Origin: the human T2T-CHM13v2.0 reference genome, Homo sapiens
Length of the DNA stretch: 64,000 bases
Direction: 5' to 3' (one strand)
NCBI RefSeq assembly: GCF_009914755.1
Contig: NC_060945.1
Shown: positions 42,477 to 58,114 of the stretch, one piece after another
Position numbering within the stretch: the stretch's first letter is position 1
How the letters are laid out: each line of letters opens with the position of its first letter
Translations under genes and position numbers: made by a program
The notes under the pieces: generated by a model
Databases searched by the model: none
Told to the model about the DNA's origin: nothing
What the model saw: only the letters and a program-made list of their open reading frames with translations

Positions 42477-43874
42477 CCTCTATTATTTTCAATTTACCTA
42501 CTCTAAATTCATCTTTCAATTGATTTAGTTTGCTATCCTTATTAATAGCAATTTGAGTTTCCAGCTTTTGGTTTGCAAGTTAGTACCAAGTTGGGGGTTG
42601 TTTATATTTTTATGTTTTTCTCTCTTTATCTTTGTGTACTCACCCCTTCCTATAATGTGGTTTTGTGCGTTATAAATTTCTTCTAACCAGAACCAGAAAG
42701 TTCTAATTTAGTTGGTTCAGAATCCGTGTTCCATGGTGATATTGGTAAATAACATAAACAACATGATTAGCTGCATGGCTATATCTGCTTTATTCCACTT
42801 CATAAGGTGTGAACTCTATAACCTCAGCCAAAACAGCCATCACAACTTTTTTTTTTTTTCAGTCTCCTTTCAAAGTAAGAAACCAGGCTCACGTCTTGAT
42901 TTCAAAAAGTCAGGAATGTTCTCCATTTCAGGGAAACCTTTTAATAGCTATTATACCCAAAGATAACTCATTTTCTTCTTCCTCTGCTTGTTTTCTGACT
43001 GTGATACTAGCAGGCCTGCATATTTAAACCTGCTTATTGCTGTGTGTTTATATTCTTTTTGGTCCTAGAAGACATCTGTTGTAAGCTTAGATTCTTCTAA
43101 TATCATTATGCACTTAGAGTGGGGCAGAGGGTGGTGGATCTCAAATCATAACCCTTGATTCATTGTTTAATGACTGATATTTTTGTTCCCATTTATAATT
43201 ATTTGTATGTATACATATAGATATGAAGAAATGAATATGTTGTTTCACTGATGGAGAGAAAATAATTTAATAATTAAAATGGGTATTGCTTTGTTTTCTT
43301 TTATAGATAGGTGAAGCATTTACTCTTGGCAACTCTGCTACTTAATCCTGTGCATGTAGATGATATATGAGACATAGCTCTTATAATGAATAAGTTGTTA
43401 ATTACAGAGATGTACAGATTAAATTAGAGAGAATGTATTGCATTTGGCAATTTAATGACTATAATAAATATTTAAAGTAATGCACTACATATTTTAATTC
43501 TGCCAGAAATTTTTTTACAGTGCTGAAGCAATTATCTCTGGGTAAATCCAACTGGGCCACCTGGGTCATCACCTTGACATGCAGGGTGTTCTCTACAGTA
43601 TATTCTTAGAACATTTGCAAGTTGCAAATGATGTAAGCTGTAGTTCTTCATAAATGACTTCATAGCCAAAGTAAAGCTTCTTTCATTTAATAGTGCTCAC
43701 AGTGAGTCAAGTAATATTATAGAAGTATGCAGATTGTATTTTTGTCTTTCAGTGTAAGAAGGGATGAGTACACACAAATAAAGTTGCACAGATCAGCTAA
43801 ATAGTTATGACTATCAGCATGCAATCAGATTTGGAAGTATGTCATAAGATCAGTCTTAAGATCACCTTCTATAT

Positions 43875-45097
43875 CTAGGGAAGAGAAAGGTTTATGTCTC
43901 CTCTCTGAAGGTTTGATAATTGATTCCACAAAATAAATTGACAGTGGTGAACTCAAAAGCATCTGAGACAGGTTTCAATCAATTTAGAAAATTTATTTTG
44001 CTGAGGTTAAGGACACACAGGTGACAAAGCCTCAAGAGGTCCTGAGGACATATGGCCCAAGGTGGTTGGGGTATAGCTTACTTTTATGCTTTTCAGGGAG
44101 GCATAATATGTCAATCAATACCTGTAAGATACTCATTGGTTTGATCCAGAGAGGTGGGACAACTCAAAGCGGGGGCATCTAGGTTACAGATAGATTTAGA
44201 AATGTTCTGAAAGGCAATTTATTCAGTTAAGTTATTTTCTAAAGATCTGGAATCAATAGAAAGGAATATCTGGGTAATGATGATAAAGGGTTCTGGAGAC
44301 CAAAGTTTTATCATGCAGAAGAAGCCTCCAGGTATTAGGCTTCAGAGAGCAGAGAATGTAAATATTTCTTACCAGGTTTAACTTATGTGGTGACGTCAGT
44401 GCTGGTTGGCTTTTCCTGAATTCCAAAAAGGAGGTGGGTGTGCTAAGGCATGTCTAAACCCCCTTCCCATCATGGCTTAAACTGGATTCAGGTTAACCTT
44501 GGAATGCCTTTGGCCAAGAGGAGGGTTCCATTCAGATGGTTGAAGGGCCTTAGAATTTTATGTTTGGTTTACACAGTAGACAGATTAACAGGAGAAAAAA
44601 AACATGCATGAGAGTTCCACAAAATGTGAGACTCAAAGAAATGTCAGCTGATTGAAGTTTATACAGCATCCTTAGCTATAGAAAGGAATGGGAGCCTGGA
44701 GCTTCTGTGGGTGTTGATGGTGACATGCAGGACAAACAAAGTTTGTCTGTTATGCAGATAGAAAGTCTCCCAGGTAATAAGTGGTCTCATGAGAGCCCAT
44801 CAGAAGAATAGATGATAGTCTGTGACAAAGTGTGTCTGTGTGTGGTATCTCCTCTGAGTTAATCTTCTCTGGTTAATGAGATTCTTGAGAAGGAAGCTCT
44901 TGAAAATTGAGTTCCCTTTTGAAAGATCAGTCTTTAGGTAGGTAAAGGAAGTTCAGAGAGAGTTCCTCTCCATGCTTTGGGAGACAAATAAAGGAGGGCA
45001 GGAAAAGGTCAGCAAGATCTTGGTTATCGTTTAGCTTAAAGCACTCAGCATGCCGAAGCACTATAGTTTGGGATGTCATTTTCCTGAGCCCCAATAC
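43875..45097 (-). mobile_element. ERV1 solo LTR (MER67/MER31-like) split by a MER4 insertion
   Basis: aaattgacagt|agacagattaacaggagaaaa rejoins across the insert; end catgccgaagcactatagtttgggatgtcattttcctgagccccaa. Confidence 0.7.
43946..44573 (-). mobile_element. MER4 (MER4B-like) ERV1 solo LTR, nested
   Basis: atctgagacaggtttcaatcaatttagaaaatttattttgc...tagaattttatgtttggtttaca; 4-bp TSD cagt (43942-45 / 44574-77). Confidence 0.85.
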
Positions 45098-45109
45098 AAT
45101 TTCTCACAT

Positions 45110-45660
45110 CTGAAAAAGAAAAATGAAATTCTAAGCCCCTCAACTCCCTCCTGACTAAGGGGACTCCAGAGAAACTTTGCAAGCTGAGTTCCCTGCCATG
45201 GTAGGATGGGGCTTCGGACACTTCTCATTACATCCACTCCCTCGCTAACTGCCATTAAGCATTCTTCCCTAAGGGATAAACCAGAATCAGTCCTTTCAAA
45301 ACACTCCACCCTGATCATGTTAATTACTATCTTATCTTTCCAGGTATAGAACAAAGACGAGATTCATCATTCCTTCACCCCTCTCTGAGATGTCTGCTTT
45401 CTCTGTTCCCTTTTTCTTCCAACATTCAACTTATCTTGCAAAATGTAGATGTAATGAGCATTAACTAAAGTCTCAGAAGTATGTAACTATACACCTCACA
45501 TCCCTTTCTGAGGAAAAATGTATAAATTCCAAACCTCCTGGGATCCTTTTGGAAAAAAGCAGCCACCAATGTGTCTGTGACTCACATTTTTCCCAGATGG
45601 ACCATCAAACAGGCTCAATAAGCCTCCATTGATTGAGACACCAGCCTCAATTACCGTGAC
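45110..45660 (+). mobile_element. MER4-group ERV1 LTR
   Basis: aaattctaagcccc...ggggactccagagaaac..gctgagttccctgccatg; end ggctcaataagcctc..ttgagac. Confidence 0.75.
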
Positions 45661-46659
45661 ATCCTTCATAAAACATTTCCAATATGTGGTAATTCAATTT
45701 GAGCATCCACATTTTCAAATCAAATGATGCCACAGTAGGGGACAAACTGATCCATGGGGGTGAGGTGGGGATAATTATTAGAAAGCTTTTCCAAATTGTG
45801 ACTTCCGATTTTTCTCATCACAGCTATGCCAGACAGCATCCAAATCTTTATACAAAATGCCATGTTTTCAAATATGTACCACAAATTATTGCTGTTAAAT
45901 GTCTTTTCTCTGTATTTACTATCATCCATGCCCCCCAACAATTTCTTAAATACTATGGCTTTACTTGTCTTCATTATTCTGCGTATACTTCTAGAGAAGA
46001 GGTAATGTAGTACATCATCATTTTCTTAAATGTATTTCATCAAGAACTTAAGGTAATATTTCAGATGGAAATAATCAGCACAGAAAAAATTGTGCTTATT
46101 ATCCTCTTTGCCTTATGCACTGTAATTTATTAAACTCGACCATGACCTTTCCAAACCTTCCCTAATTCGGAACATTTAGGATTTTCATTACTTATTTTTT
46201 CTAGGTACCCAAGACTCAACTAGTTGATGCTGAGTTTGCAATCTTGGACGTGGCCAATATGAAGCTTTAGCTAGTCTGGGGTCTAGACTTAACTTTCTCC
46301 TCTTAAATATTCAGTCTATATTTTTTCATCTTCATTTGGCTTCCCATCATTTCTCAAAGATATTTGACATAACTTTAATTAACTCTTTTTGAAGTTTGTT
46401 CATTGCCCTGAGATGTAATTTGTCTGAGCCATGAGTCAAGCTCATTTAGTAAGCTAGTTGCTCTCTTACAATTTTTCTCAATACATTTGATTGATTGTGT
46501 TAATCAATTTTTCTTCTTACCAATTGGTTTCAATCTCATTTCCAAATTACAGAGAAAATAGAAGCAAAATAACAATTAAATACCTTATTTTCTTATGTTT
46601 CAGTTTGTTTTTTGACCAGATCTATGGTGTCTCTGTTCATTTTCTTCCTCCAGACACAG

Positions 46660-47493
46660 TCAAGTTAACCTGGTCCTCTCCTCTGCAGAAAAGGTGGGTC
46701 CCCGACAAAACCCCACCCTCAAGTCTGAAACCATGACCCAAAGTGAGAACTTACACCTCTGCTTTACTGTTCTACTGTTGCCTTTTTCCTAAACCATCCA
46801 TGACCCCTCCTCCCATCCTGTGCCTGTAAAAACTGGCAGAGAGGAAGGTAGCTGGACATTGAAGCCTACGGTTGGATGTCAGAGAGAAGCGGCTTGACTC
46901 TAGAAAGACAGCTTGGTGGCATAACTTCGGAGAAGAATCTGGTCAGAGATGGTCGGAATTCAGGGGAAGATGATCATCCTGCCCCATCCCCTTTTCAGCT
47001 CCCCTTCCCATTGAAAGCCACTTTTATCAGCCATAAAATCACCTGAATTTACCATCCTTCAATTCATGCAACCTAATTTCTCTTGGACTCCGGACAAGAG
47101 CTCGGGAGACCCAAGTATGGATACAAAAGGCAGAGGGCCCATTGAGCTGTTAACATTTAAGCAGTCCACGGATGGCAGAGCAAAAAAAGCACTGTAACAC
47201 TCCCTCTGGGGCTTCCGGGGTTGCAGGCACCTCCCCCAGATGCTACCGCGGGGCCTGCACGGAGTTTGCTCCTGCCGCCGCCCAAAAATGCTTGCCCTGA
47301 CTCCTGCAATGGCTCACCTGTGCAGCAGGTCCCAGTGAGTGGAGTTCGGCCCTGCTGGCGTTGAAACAGCTGGCTGCTTCCAGCGTTCATGCACTCCAGT
47401 TTCACGAGGAGTTGAAAACTGCAGTCTAGGTAAATGAGACATCCTTATTGAGAGTCCTGTGAAGGGGTCAGAGAAATATAATATCCTTTATCA
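46660..47493 (+). mobile_element. ERV1 LTR (LTR28/LTR27/MER52-like)
   Basis: ccatcctgtgcctgtaaaaac, ttcagctccccttcccattgaaagccac, gagctgttaacatttaagc, end gaaggggtcagagaa...tca. Confidence 0.75.
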
Positions 47494-47499
47494 CATAGG

Positions 47500-47517
47500 C
47501 TATATATATTAGGTATA

Positions 47518-47569
<52 letters not shown>

Positions 47570-47583
47570 TATATATACATACA
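47500..47583. repeat. Compound (TG)/(TA)/(CA) microsatellite
   Basis: Direct inspection. Confidence 0.95.
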
Positions 47584-47956
47584 CAGTCATGTACTACATA
47601 ATGACATTTTGTCAGTGACATATTGCATATATGATGAGAGATATTATTATGGTGCTGCCCTATATACTGTCATGTTTATCTTTATAACATATTTTTACTG
47701 TACTTTTTCTATATTTAATATACAGATAAAATTGTGTTATAGTTGCCTACAGTATTCAGTACAGTAACAAGCTGAATAGGTTTGTAGCCTAAAAGCAAAA
47801 ACTATACCATATACCCTGGATGTGCAGTAGACTACACTATCTATACCTATACATATACTAGATTTGTATAAGTACACTCTGTGATGTTCAAACAATGACA
47901 AAATCACCTAAGGACACAATTTTCAGAACATATCCCTATTGTTAAGTGATACATGA

Positions 47957-47959
<3 letters not shown>
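47584..47959. mobile_element. Tigger3a-like MITE, both TIRs present
   Basis: cagtcatgtactacataatgac ... gttgttaagtgatacatgact-type TIRs; internal cagtattcagtacagtaaca. Confidence 0.85.
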
Positions 47960-47991
<32 letters not shown>

Positions 47992-48012
47992 TATGGAGAG
48001 AGAGAGAGAGAG
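47959..48012. repeat. (AC)n then (AG)n microsatellite
   Basis: Direct inspection. Confidence 0.95.
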
Positions 48013-48019
48013 TTATCAT

Positions 48020-48461
48020 GGAATTTATTTCTTATGAGAGAAAGAATTGGTTCACACTATTTTGGAGGCTGACCTCAAGGGTGAGTTGATAAGCTGAGGT
48101 CCCAGGAAAGCCAATGATTTAATGTTCAACCTGAAGGCCAGCAGCCTCAAAATCTAAGATCCAATGTTTCAGTGGGATTTGTGGTGGGAAAAACACTGAT
48201 GTTCCAATTTGAAGGCAGTCAGGCAGAATAAATTCCTTCTTGTTTAAGGGAGGGTCATCCTTTTGGTTTCATTCAGACCTTCAGCAGATTGAATGAGGCC
48301 CACCCACATCAGAGAGAGCAAGTGAGCTGCTTTACTCAGTCTACTGACTTAAATGTTAATGTCACCCAAAAACACTTCCACAGCAATACCCAGAATATGT
48401 ATCACCAAATACCTGGGCACATATTGGCCAAGTCAAGTTGCTCTATAAAATTAACATTACA
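48020..48461 (-). mobile_element. MLT2B-like ERVL LTR
   Basis: gattgaatgaggcccacccacatc...tgctttactcagtctactg...caagtcaagttg..taaaattaacattaca. Confidence 0.8.
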
Positions 48462-49767
48462 GTCCCCTAAGACTAACTTTATAGATTTTTGAAATTTGTA
48501 TTTTCTTTTGGTTATTAACTATTTTTTAACCCTTAAATGTGTTAATTACGGACCTTTATGTTAGACATATTAATATCATTAAATCATTTCACATCTTCAC
48601 TCTCATCCAACTCATTTAAAATTATATTTACAGAGTTTAGTTTTTAAAGATCTTTAAGATATTTTAATGATACATTTAAAATTCAGACATTGTTTTTATA
48701 ACTTCATTTTTTTCTAGTTAAAATCTAGGATACTTGTTCAAATCATTCTAAAATTTTGGTCCCCATAAGTCACTAATTTCAGGTTATAGTGATCTCATTT
48801 TCATTGGATTTTTACCAGATAATTAACTTTTGTTATTAAAAATTGGTCTAGTGTAATAGTAGCCCTTGTTTTTTCAATATTATGGAAAATACAAAAAGCA
48901 TCAGAAATATACTAATTATTCAGACCACTCTAGCAGTTTGTGTTTTTCCACTGTTATTTCCTATTCCTGTTCTAATTTGGTGAGCTTCATTAAAAACACA
49001 TTACTCATTTCAGTTCATTTTACCCATTTACAGGTGTTTGCCCATTATGTTATGATCTTGCTCCTAATTCTAGTCTCCCCCTCCCTCTCTCTCTCTCTCT
49101 CTTGTTAACCAACGTCTCTCTTTTTCCCTCCTAAATCAAAAATATCCATGGGGACAAAATTTCTTTCTGTTTTTGGAGGGGACAAATCTACATCCAAAAG
49201 AAGGAGCACCCTTGTTATTTCTGTCCTGGCAATTTTATTCTGCTGCGCATATACCATCTGTTCAGTATCCGGTATTTCATATAGCACACTTTTAATTCGC
49301 TTGTAAGTTTTTGTTTGTTTCTTTTGGCTGTCTTAGCTTATAGCCATGATTTCACTCTAAAAATGTTGATTGGCAGGTACTATTTCTTTTTCACCAGTGT
49401 GTTCCTGGTTCCAAGAAAAGTGCAGGAACATATAGTGGAATCTCAGTATAAACTTGTTGAAAGAATGGATGATGCTTCCATCATGTTTTGGCTGTGACTA
49501 TAGGATTAGATTTGTCTCTGGAATTTTCATTTTAGCATATGTGTTGACTATACTTCATGCATTTATTAGAGATAACATATGGTGACCTGGATCATAATCC
49601 CCTTTTTATATTAATAAAATCCAGATTTATAACAAAGTAGTGGAGGGAAAGAGGCTATAATAAAGAGATAGGAGACAGAGATAACTCATTTCTCCAATAC
49701 AAGCAAGTCATCTGTGGGAAGAGGAGTGGGATGTTCCTAGTTTATAGTCCTTTAGTGATAAGGCATG

Positions 49768-50089
49768 CAGTCAGCCCTCTGTATCGCCACATTCGGCACA
49801 GTGGATTTAGCCAATGACAGATGGAAAATATTTTTTAATCTCGATAAAAAATAATACAACAATTAAAAATATTAAAAATAAAAGCAATACCATACAACAA
49901 CTATTCACATAACTTTTACAATGTGTTAAGTGTTATAAGTAATCTAGAGATGATTTAAAGAATATAGGAGGATGTGCATAGTTATATGGAAGTACTGTGC
50001 CATTTTATGTCAGGCACTGGAGCATCTTTAGATTTGGGTATCCCAAAGTTTCCTGGAACCAGTCCCCCATGGATATATAGGGAACACTG
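49768..50089. mobile_element. MER2 (TcMar-Tigger) MITE
   Basis: TIRs cagtcagccctctgtatc / ggatatatagggaacactg; core gttataagtaatctagagatgatttaaag. Confidence 0.88.
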
Positions 50090-50948
50090 TACAAAAAAAT
50101 GGTTCCAGGTTTCTTCCCGCTTTGAAATGTAAACATGTCTGTCCAGAGATAACTCTGTATTTCTCTGGAGGTTTTTATCTATTCAATTATCCCTTAACTT
50201 CCAAGATTTTTCTTTTAGTGCAGGTTTTTGTGCAAAGTTGCTTTGGCCACTCCAGGTCTTTCAGATTTTCAAATACTTGTTTAGAATTAGCTTGAGAACT
50301 TAAATAGCAACAAAGCCTTGATGGGTTTAGAGATTGCATTGAATTTATCAGCCAATCTAGTTGGGGGGTGGGGGTGGGGATTGAATGTTAACAATATTGA
50401 GACTTCTTGATCTATGACCAAGGTATCTCTTTCCATTTCTTTGGGCCTCCTTTAATTTCATTCAGTAACGTTTTGTAGTTTTCACTGGACAGGTAATGCA
50501 CATGTTCAGTCAAATTTATCCCTAAACATTTAACATTTTGAAGCTATAATAAATAAATTTTAAATAAAATAATTCTGATTATTCATTGCTAATATTTAGA
50601 AATACAATGGATTATTGTATATTGGTCTTGTGTTCTGTAAACTTTCTAAAATCACTGGTTAGTTCTAATAGCATTGCTTTTTATTTCCTTTTAAAGATTT
50701 TATCAAGTTCCATCAGATTTTCTTTATAGACAATTATGCTTTCCACAAATAAGACAGTAAGACAATTTTCCTTTTTGCATAAATCTAGATGCCATTTATT
50801 TCTTTTCCTTGCTTTTGTTCATTGGCTAAAATATCCAGTACATGTTGAAATGAATATCCCTCTATTGTTCCTGATCTTAGTTGGACATCATTTAGCATCA
50901 ATTTCACCATTAATTATTAATGTTGGATGTATATTTTGCATACATTCA

Positions 50949-51092
50949 TGTATTAATTGCTTGTTACTCCTGTAACAAACTACCACACACTTATTCACTT
51001 AAAACAGTACAAATGTATTATCTTATAGTTGTGAAGATCAAAAGTCCTAAATGACTCTCATTGCGTTAAAAAACAAGGAGTCATCAGGACCC
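50949..51092 (-). mobile_element. MLT1C/D LTR fragment
   Basis: tgtattaatt...ctgtaacaaactaccacacactt..cttaaaacagtacaaatgtattatcttatagtt. Confidence 0.75.
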
Positions 51093-51446
51093 AAAGCTCC
51101 CATGCCCTCCTGAGGCACATCCCCCTCCAGGAACTGAACAAAGGATGTGTTCTGCTATCCAGCAACTCTCCAAACCCAGTCCTTTTTGTTTTCTAGGGAG
51201 GTCTCATTACAAGCATGATTGATTAAATCATTGACCATTGGTGATCAACTCGATCTTCAGTGCCAATCTTCTCCCCAGAGTTTTAGTGTGGGGCTGAAAG
51301 TTCTAACCCTCTAATAATGCCTCATTCTTTCTGGTGACCACCTCTCATCCTGAATCTGTCTAAGGGCCCCCAGCCACCAATAAACTCAGTAGCATACAAA
51401 AAGAGAAACAGGGACTGAGATCAAATATATATTTCACAAAATAACA
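51093..51446 (-). mobile_element. MER21-type LTR fragment
   Basis: gcatgattgattaaatcattgaccattggtgatcaactc; ggggctgaaagttctaaccctctaat. Confidence 0.8.
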
Positions 51447-51920
51447 GTTAATGTTAACATGGTTAATTATATTTTATTATTTTGAATGTAAAACAACTTT
51501 GTGTTTCCAAGATAATAATTATGGTGAAATATTCTTTTTATATATTTTTGGATTCTATTTGCTAAACGTTAAAGTTTTTTTGCATCTATATTCATATAAC
51601 ATACTGAACTATAACTTGCGTTTCTCACAATATGTTAGAATAATGTGGTTCTCATAGAATGAGTTTCGTTCTCTTCAATTTTCTGAGTTTCTGTAGAATT
51701 GCCATTATTTCTTCTTTAAATATTTGCTATCATTCTCTTGTGAAAAATTTAGTAATAAAGAGGATTCTTTGTGAGAAAGTTTTTAACTAAAATTTTACTG
51801 TTTTCAATAGATATGAGATATCTAGGCCACCTATTTCTACCTGAATAAAATTTGGTCTTGTCATTCAAGGAAATTGAAATATTGAACTTAATAAATTTAT
51901 TGAGTAAAGTTCTTCCTAAA

Positions 51921-52543
51921 GTCAACTAAAATACATTTTTCTAAAGGAGAATAATGTTTATTGGGAAACAGGGTATTTCAATATGAATACACACGCCGTA
52001 TTAAATTATGTGTGGATTTAGAGAGGTAAAGGACAAAGCTTTTAAAGGAAACATGAAGATTACATAATTGTATGGACATAATTATCCTTGGCTGCAAAGA
52101 TCAATAAGATCAATAACAAACGTGATGTCAGTTCTAGGATGAACAGGCAATTGCTGGGCAGATGTCTTTGGAGAAGTATTTTTTGTGTAAGTTTGTGATG
52201 GCCTTTGTGCAAGTCTGCAGTTTTCGCAGTCTTTTTTGATATTTTTTGTTATTAGGCACACAGCATGAGAACTTTAATATGCTTCCCAGGTTCTATTTGT
52301 CAGGGTTTCTTTCCCTTCCTTCCTCTCTGTCTTCGTTTTTCTTTCTTTCATTTTTTTAATTTTTTTTATTTTCATAGGTTATTGGTGAACAGGTGGTGTT
52401 TGATTACATGAGTAAGTTCTTATTGGTGATTTGTGAGATTTTGGTGAACCCATAACCTGAGCAGTACACACTGCACTCAGTTTGTAGTCTTTTATCCCTC
52501 ACCCACTTTCCACCCTTGCATTTTGATTCTGACAATTTTCACA
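51921..52543 (-). mobile_element. ERV1 LTR (MER65-like) interrupted by an L1PB 3' end
   Basis: ttgctgggcagatgtc...ctatttgtcagggtt [insert] cattttgattctgacaattttcaca. Confidence 0.65.
52350..52517 (-). mobile_element. L1PB 3' end, severely 5'-truncated
   Basis: ttcataggttattggtgaacaggtggtgtttgattacatgagtaagttctt. Confidence 0.85.
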
Positions 52544-53943
52544 TTATTCTCTAATTGTATAATCACCTAGAGTTTTTTTTTAACTTTCTGATTTTTTAAA
52601 TGGATTATTTGTGACTCTTCTCTTTTTTATTGATAAATCTGGCTAGAGATTTATCAATTTTATTGATTTTCTCAAAGGACCAGTTTTGTTTTTGTAGATG
52701 TTTTCACATTGGTGTTGTGATTTTTACTTCATTAATATCTATTCTGATTATTAATTTTTCTTCTTATTGCTTTAGTTTGAGTTTTATTTATAGTTCTTGT
52801 TTTATTGTTTTGGAGTCGATGACAAGGGCATTGATTTTAGATTTTTCTTCTTTAATGTCATGACTTTCTCCCTTAGTATTGCTTTAGCAACATCACACGA
52901 CTTCTGATATGTTGTTCTTTTGTTTCCATTCTGTTCAAAATACTTTCTAATTTCACTATTATTTGGCACATGTATTATTTAGAAGTGTGTTCTTTCTTTC
53001 CATATGATGGAGACATTTTTGTAGATCTGTCTGTTAATTTGCTTCTAACTTAGTTCCTAGGTTACTTCCAGGGATTACAATCCTCTTTAATTACTCGAGA
53101 CTTGATTTATGGTCCAACTTGGTAAATATTTCATGCATACATATGAAGAATATGTGTTTTGCTGTTGTTGATTGGAGTGTTTATAATTGTTAATTAGGTT
53201 AAGTTGATTGGTAGTGTTGTGTAAATATTCTATGTCCTCATTCATTCTTACTCTATTTGTTCTCTCAATTGTCAGAAGAGGAGAATTAAAATTTCTAACT
53301 ACAATTGTGAATTTTCTTGTATATTAGTTTTAGTTTCATGTAATTTAAAGCTATGTCTTCCTGATAACCTGACAGTATTAACATTATAAATTAATCTTTA
53401 TACTCAGTAATATTCTTTGCTCTGAATCACATTTTTTATATTAGTATAGTCACTTCATCTTAATTTTGACAAGCATTTGTATGATTTATCTTCTTAACCT
53501 CTTTTACTTTTAATCTATTTGTGGTTTAAGCTAATAGTTCTTAAAGTTTTTTTTCTTGCAAGCAGCATATGATTAGAGCTTGCTTTTAAATGCAATCTGA
53601 AAATCCCTGCCTTTTAATTGAAGTATTTAGGCCATTAAATGTGATGTGTTAGTGGTATAGTCAGACTTATGTTTTTCATTATGCTATTTATACTCTATTT
53701 GCTTTATCTTTTCTCTCTCATTTTCCCTCTTTCTGCCATATTTTAGATTCATTATTACTTTTACTATAAATCAATTTGTTTCTCTTCTATAATTTATTTA
53801 GTTATATCTCTTTATTTTGTTATTTTAATGGTTACTTTAACTTGTCACAGTCCAGATGAAAGAGATATTATACCACTCTACACAGTTCACAAGATCATAG
53901 AATAATATACAGTGAGTCCTCACCTAATGTCATCAATATATTC

Positions 53944-55629
<1,686 letters not shown>

Positions 55630-55864
55630 AAAAACTGACTTCATATGAAACAACATGCAGAAAATGCTTGAATAATGTCATTTAATTCAGTATAGTTTCA
55701 TTACAATATTGATGAGGATAAAAGTTGGTTTCCTTATATATAGTTTATGTTAAAGACACACTCACTTTTCAAGAACATATCAATGAGATTAGGTGAGGAT
55801 TTACTGTACTTTCCTTTCTTCCTTCTAGGTCTTTATGAAAATGTTGTTATACATTTGACATATA

Positions 55865-56299
55865 CAGTTGATCCTTGAAAAACACAGAGATTAGGAGTGT
55901 CAATCCCCATGCAGTTAAAAATCTCCTTATAACTTTTGATTTTCTAAAAACTTAACTACTAATACCCTACTGTTGACAGGAAGCCTGACCAATAACATAG
56001 TCAATTACCACATATTGTGTATGTTATATGTTATATGTTACTGTAGTCTTACAATAAAGTAAACTAGAGAAAGAAAAGCATTATGAAGAAAATTAGAAGA
56101 AAAAGAGAATGCATTTACTATTCATTAAGTGGAAGTGGATCATCATAAAGATCTTCATTCTTTTTGTCTTCAATTTGAAGGCTAAAGAGGAGGAAAAAGA
56201 GGAGTTGTTCTTACTGTTTCAGGGGTGGAAGAGCCAGAAGAAAACCTGTGTATAAGTAGATCTACGTAGTTTAAACCTGTGTTGCTCAAGGATCAACTA
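55865..56299. mobile_element. Tigger2a (MER28) MITE
   Basis: TIRs cagttgatccttgaaaaacac / gtgttgctcaaggatcaact; ~435 bp. Confidence 0.88.
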
Positions 56300-56304
56300 C
56301 TGGA

Positions 56305-56392
56305 TGTGTGAATGTGTATGTGTATGTGTATGTGTGTGTATTATATGTGTGTGTGTGAGAGAGAGATATATATATGTATTTGACATATATGT
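56305..56392. repeat. Degenerate (TG)/(TATG)/(GA)/(TA) microsatellite
   Basis: Direct inspection. Confidence 0.8.
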
Positions 56393-57196
56393 GCTATAAA
56401 CTCCACAATATTTTAAGCTGTCAATTACCTTTTAAAGAGATTTAAGGCATGCAACTCATATATTTATCCCTGTAGTTATAATTTCTGGTGCTTTTTATTC
56501 CTTAAGGGTTATCTCATATTTTCATCTGGTATCATATTTCTTCTGCTTGACACTTACACTTGTTTTAACATTTCTTGTAGTGTGTGTTTGTTAATACTGA
56601 ATTATTCCAGCATTTGTATATGAAAAAATATATTTACCTCTTTTTCATTTTTAACAAAATTTTATTTTGAAACACTCATGTATTCCCAGAGAGTGAATAT
56701 ATATTTCCTCATGAGCCCTTTGCTAAGTTTTCCTCAAAACATCTTCTAAGACTAGAAAGACTATAAACACAAAGCAATAAGTGTGTTTAAATTAAATATG
56801 CAAGATCGCTAGTTTCAAAGTCAAAAAACAAGCGGAGAAAGAAATTAGAACTCTGTGAGTAATAGGAATGAAAAGTTTGACCTATGATGTGAGATCTTGC
56901 TGACCTCTTGAAATCAAGGTCTGGGATACTTTTCTTGCTCTGAGCAAAGACTGCAAAAAGGCAATGATGGATCGTATATAAACTTGATGCTTAATGAGGT
57001 GGAATGAAGCAGATACAGCCACGTATCCGCAATGTCTGGATATATTATACAACCAAAATTCAAATCTAATGCATCTTATTTTCATTTAATATTTCCTATT
57101 TCTTAGCTTCTATTTTATCTTCTCATGTTTTTAGGCATCCACATGATATTCTATGTAATTTTAGCTTAATCTTACAGTTCACTAATTTTCAATTAA

Positions 57197-57629
<433 letters not shown>

Positions 57630-58114
57630 TGTTTTTTTTTGTTTTGTTTTTTTGTTTTTTTAATTTTCGTTATAAGGCTGACTATTCTTGTCTGTGTATG
57701 ACGAATTATGTATTTTTGTGAACTGATTGCTTTACATAGGAAAGGCACAACTTTGTAATAATTATAAATTTAGGATCACGTTTTGTTGTACAAGTCAGAC
57801 TCAGGATAATGGGAGCAGCTAATTCCCTTATAAAATGATCTAAGATGCATTATTTTGTTAAGATGACTTTATTTTTGGCTTATAATTCTATATTTTATTT
57901 ATTGAATTGTAATTTTTAAAATATATCTGTTGGCTTTGAAATTGCTTATCATTTGACACAGGGAATAAAAGTGAAATGGCATAATCATTAGATTTTACTT
58001 TTTGGCAGATAAAATTTGGCAGTACCCAAGCCAAAAACACTTAAGAAAAATAAGATTACACAACACATAAAGAATCCAAAGCCATTTTAAAGAAATTAAA
58101 GAATTCCCAACACA

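Larger units (their letters stand above)
40700..42760 (-). mobile_element. Very old L1ME/HAL1-like remnant hosting an Alu and MLT1A0
   Basis: T-rich antisense L1 character (ttgtgttgctttctgggcaaattcctcagaactgtctc). Confidence 0.45.

Noticed and set aside
47200-47400. CpG island or host gene promoter
   Set aside because: Short and entirely inside an ERV1 LTR.
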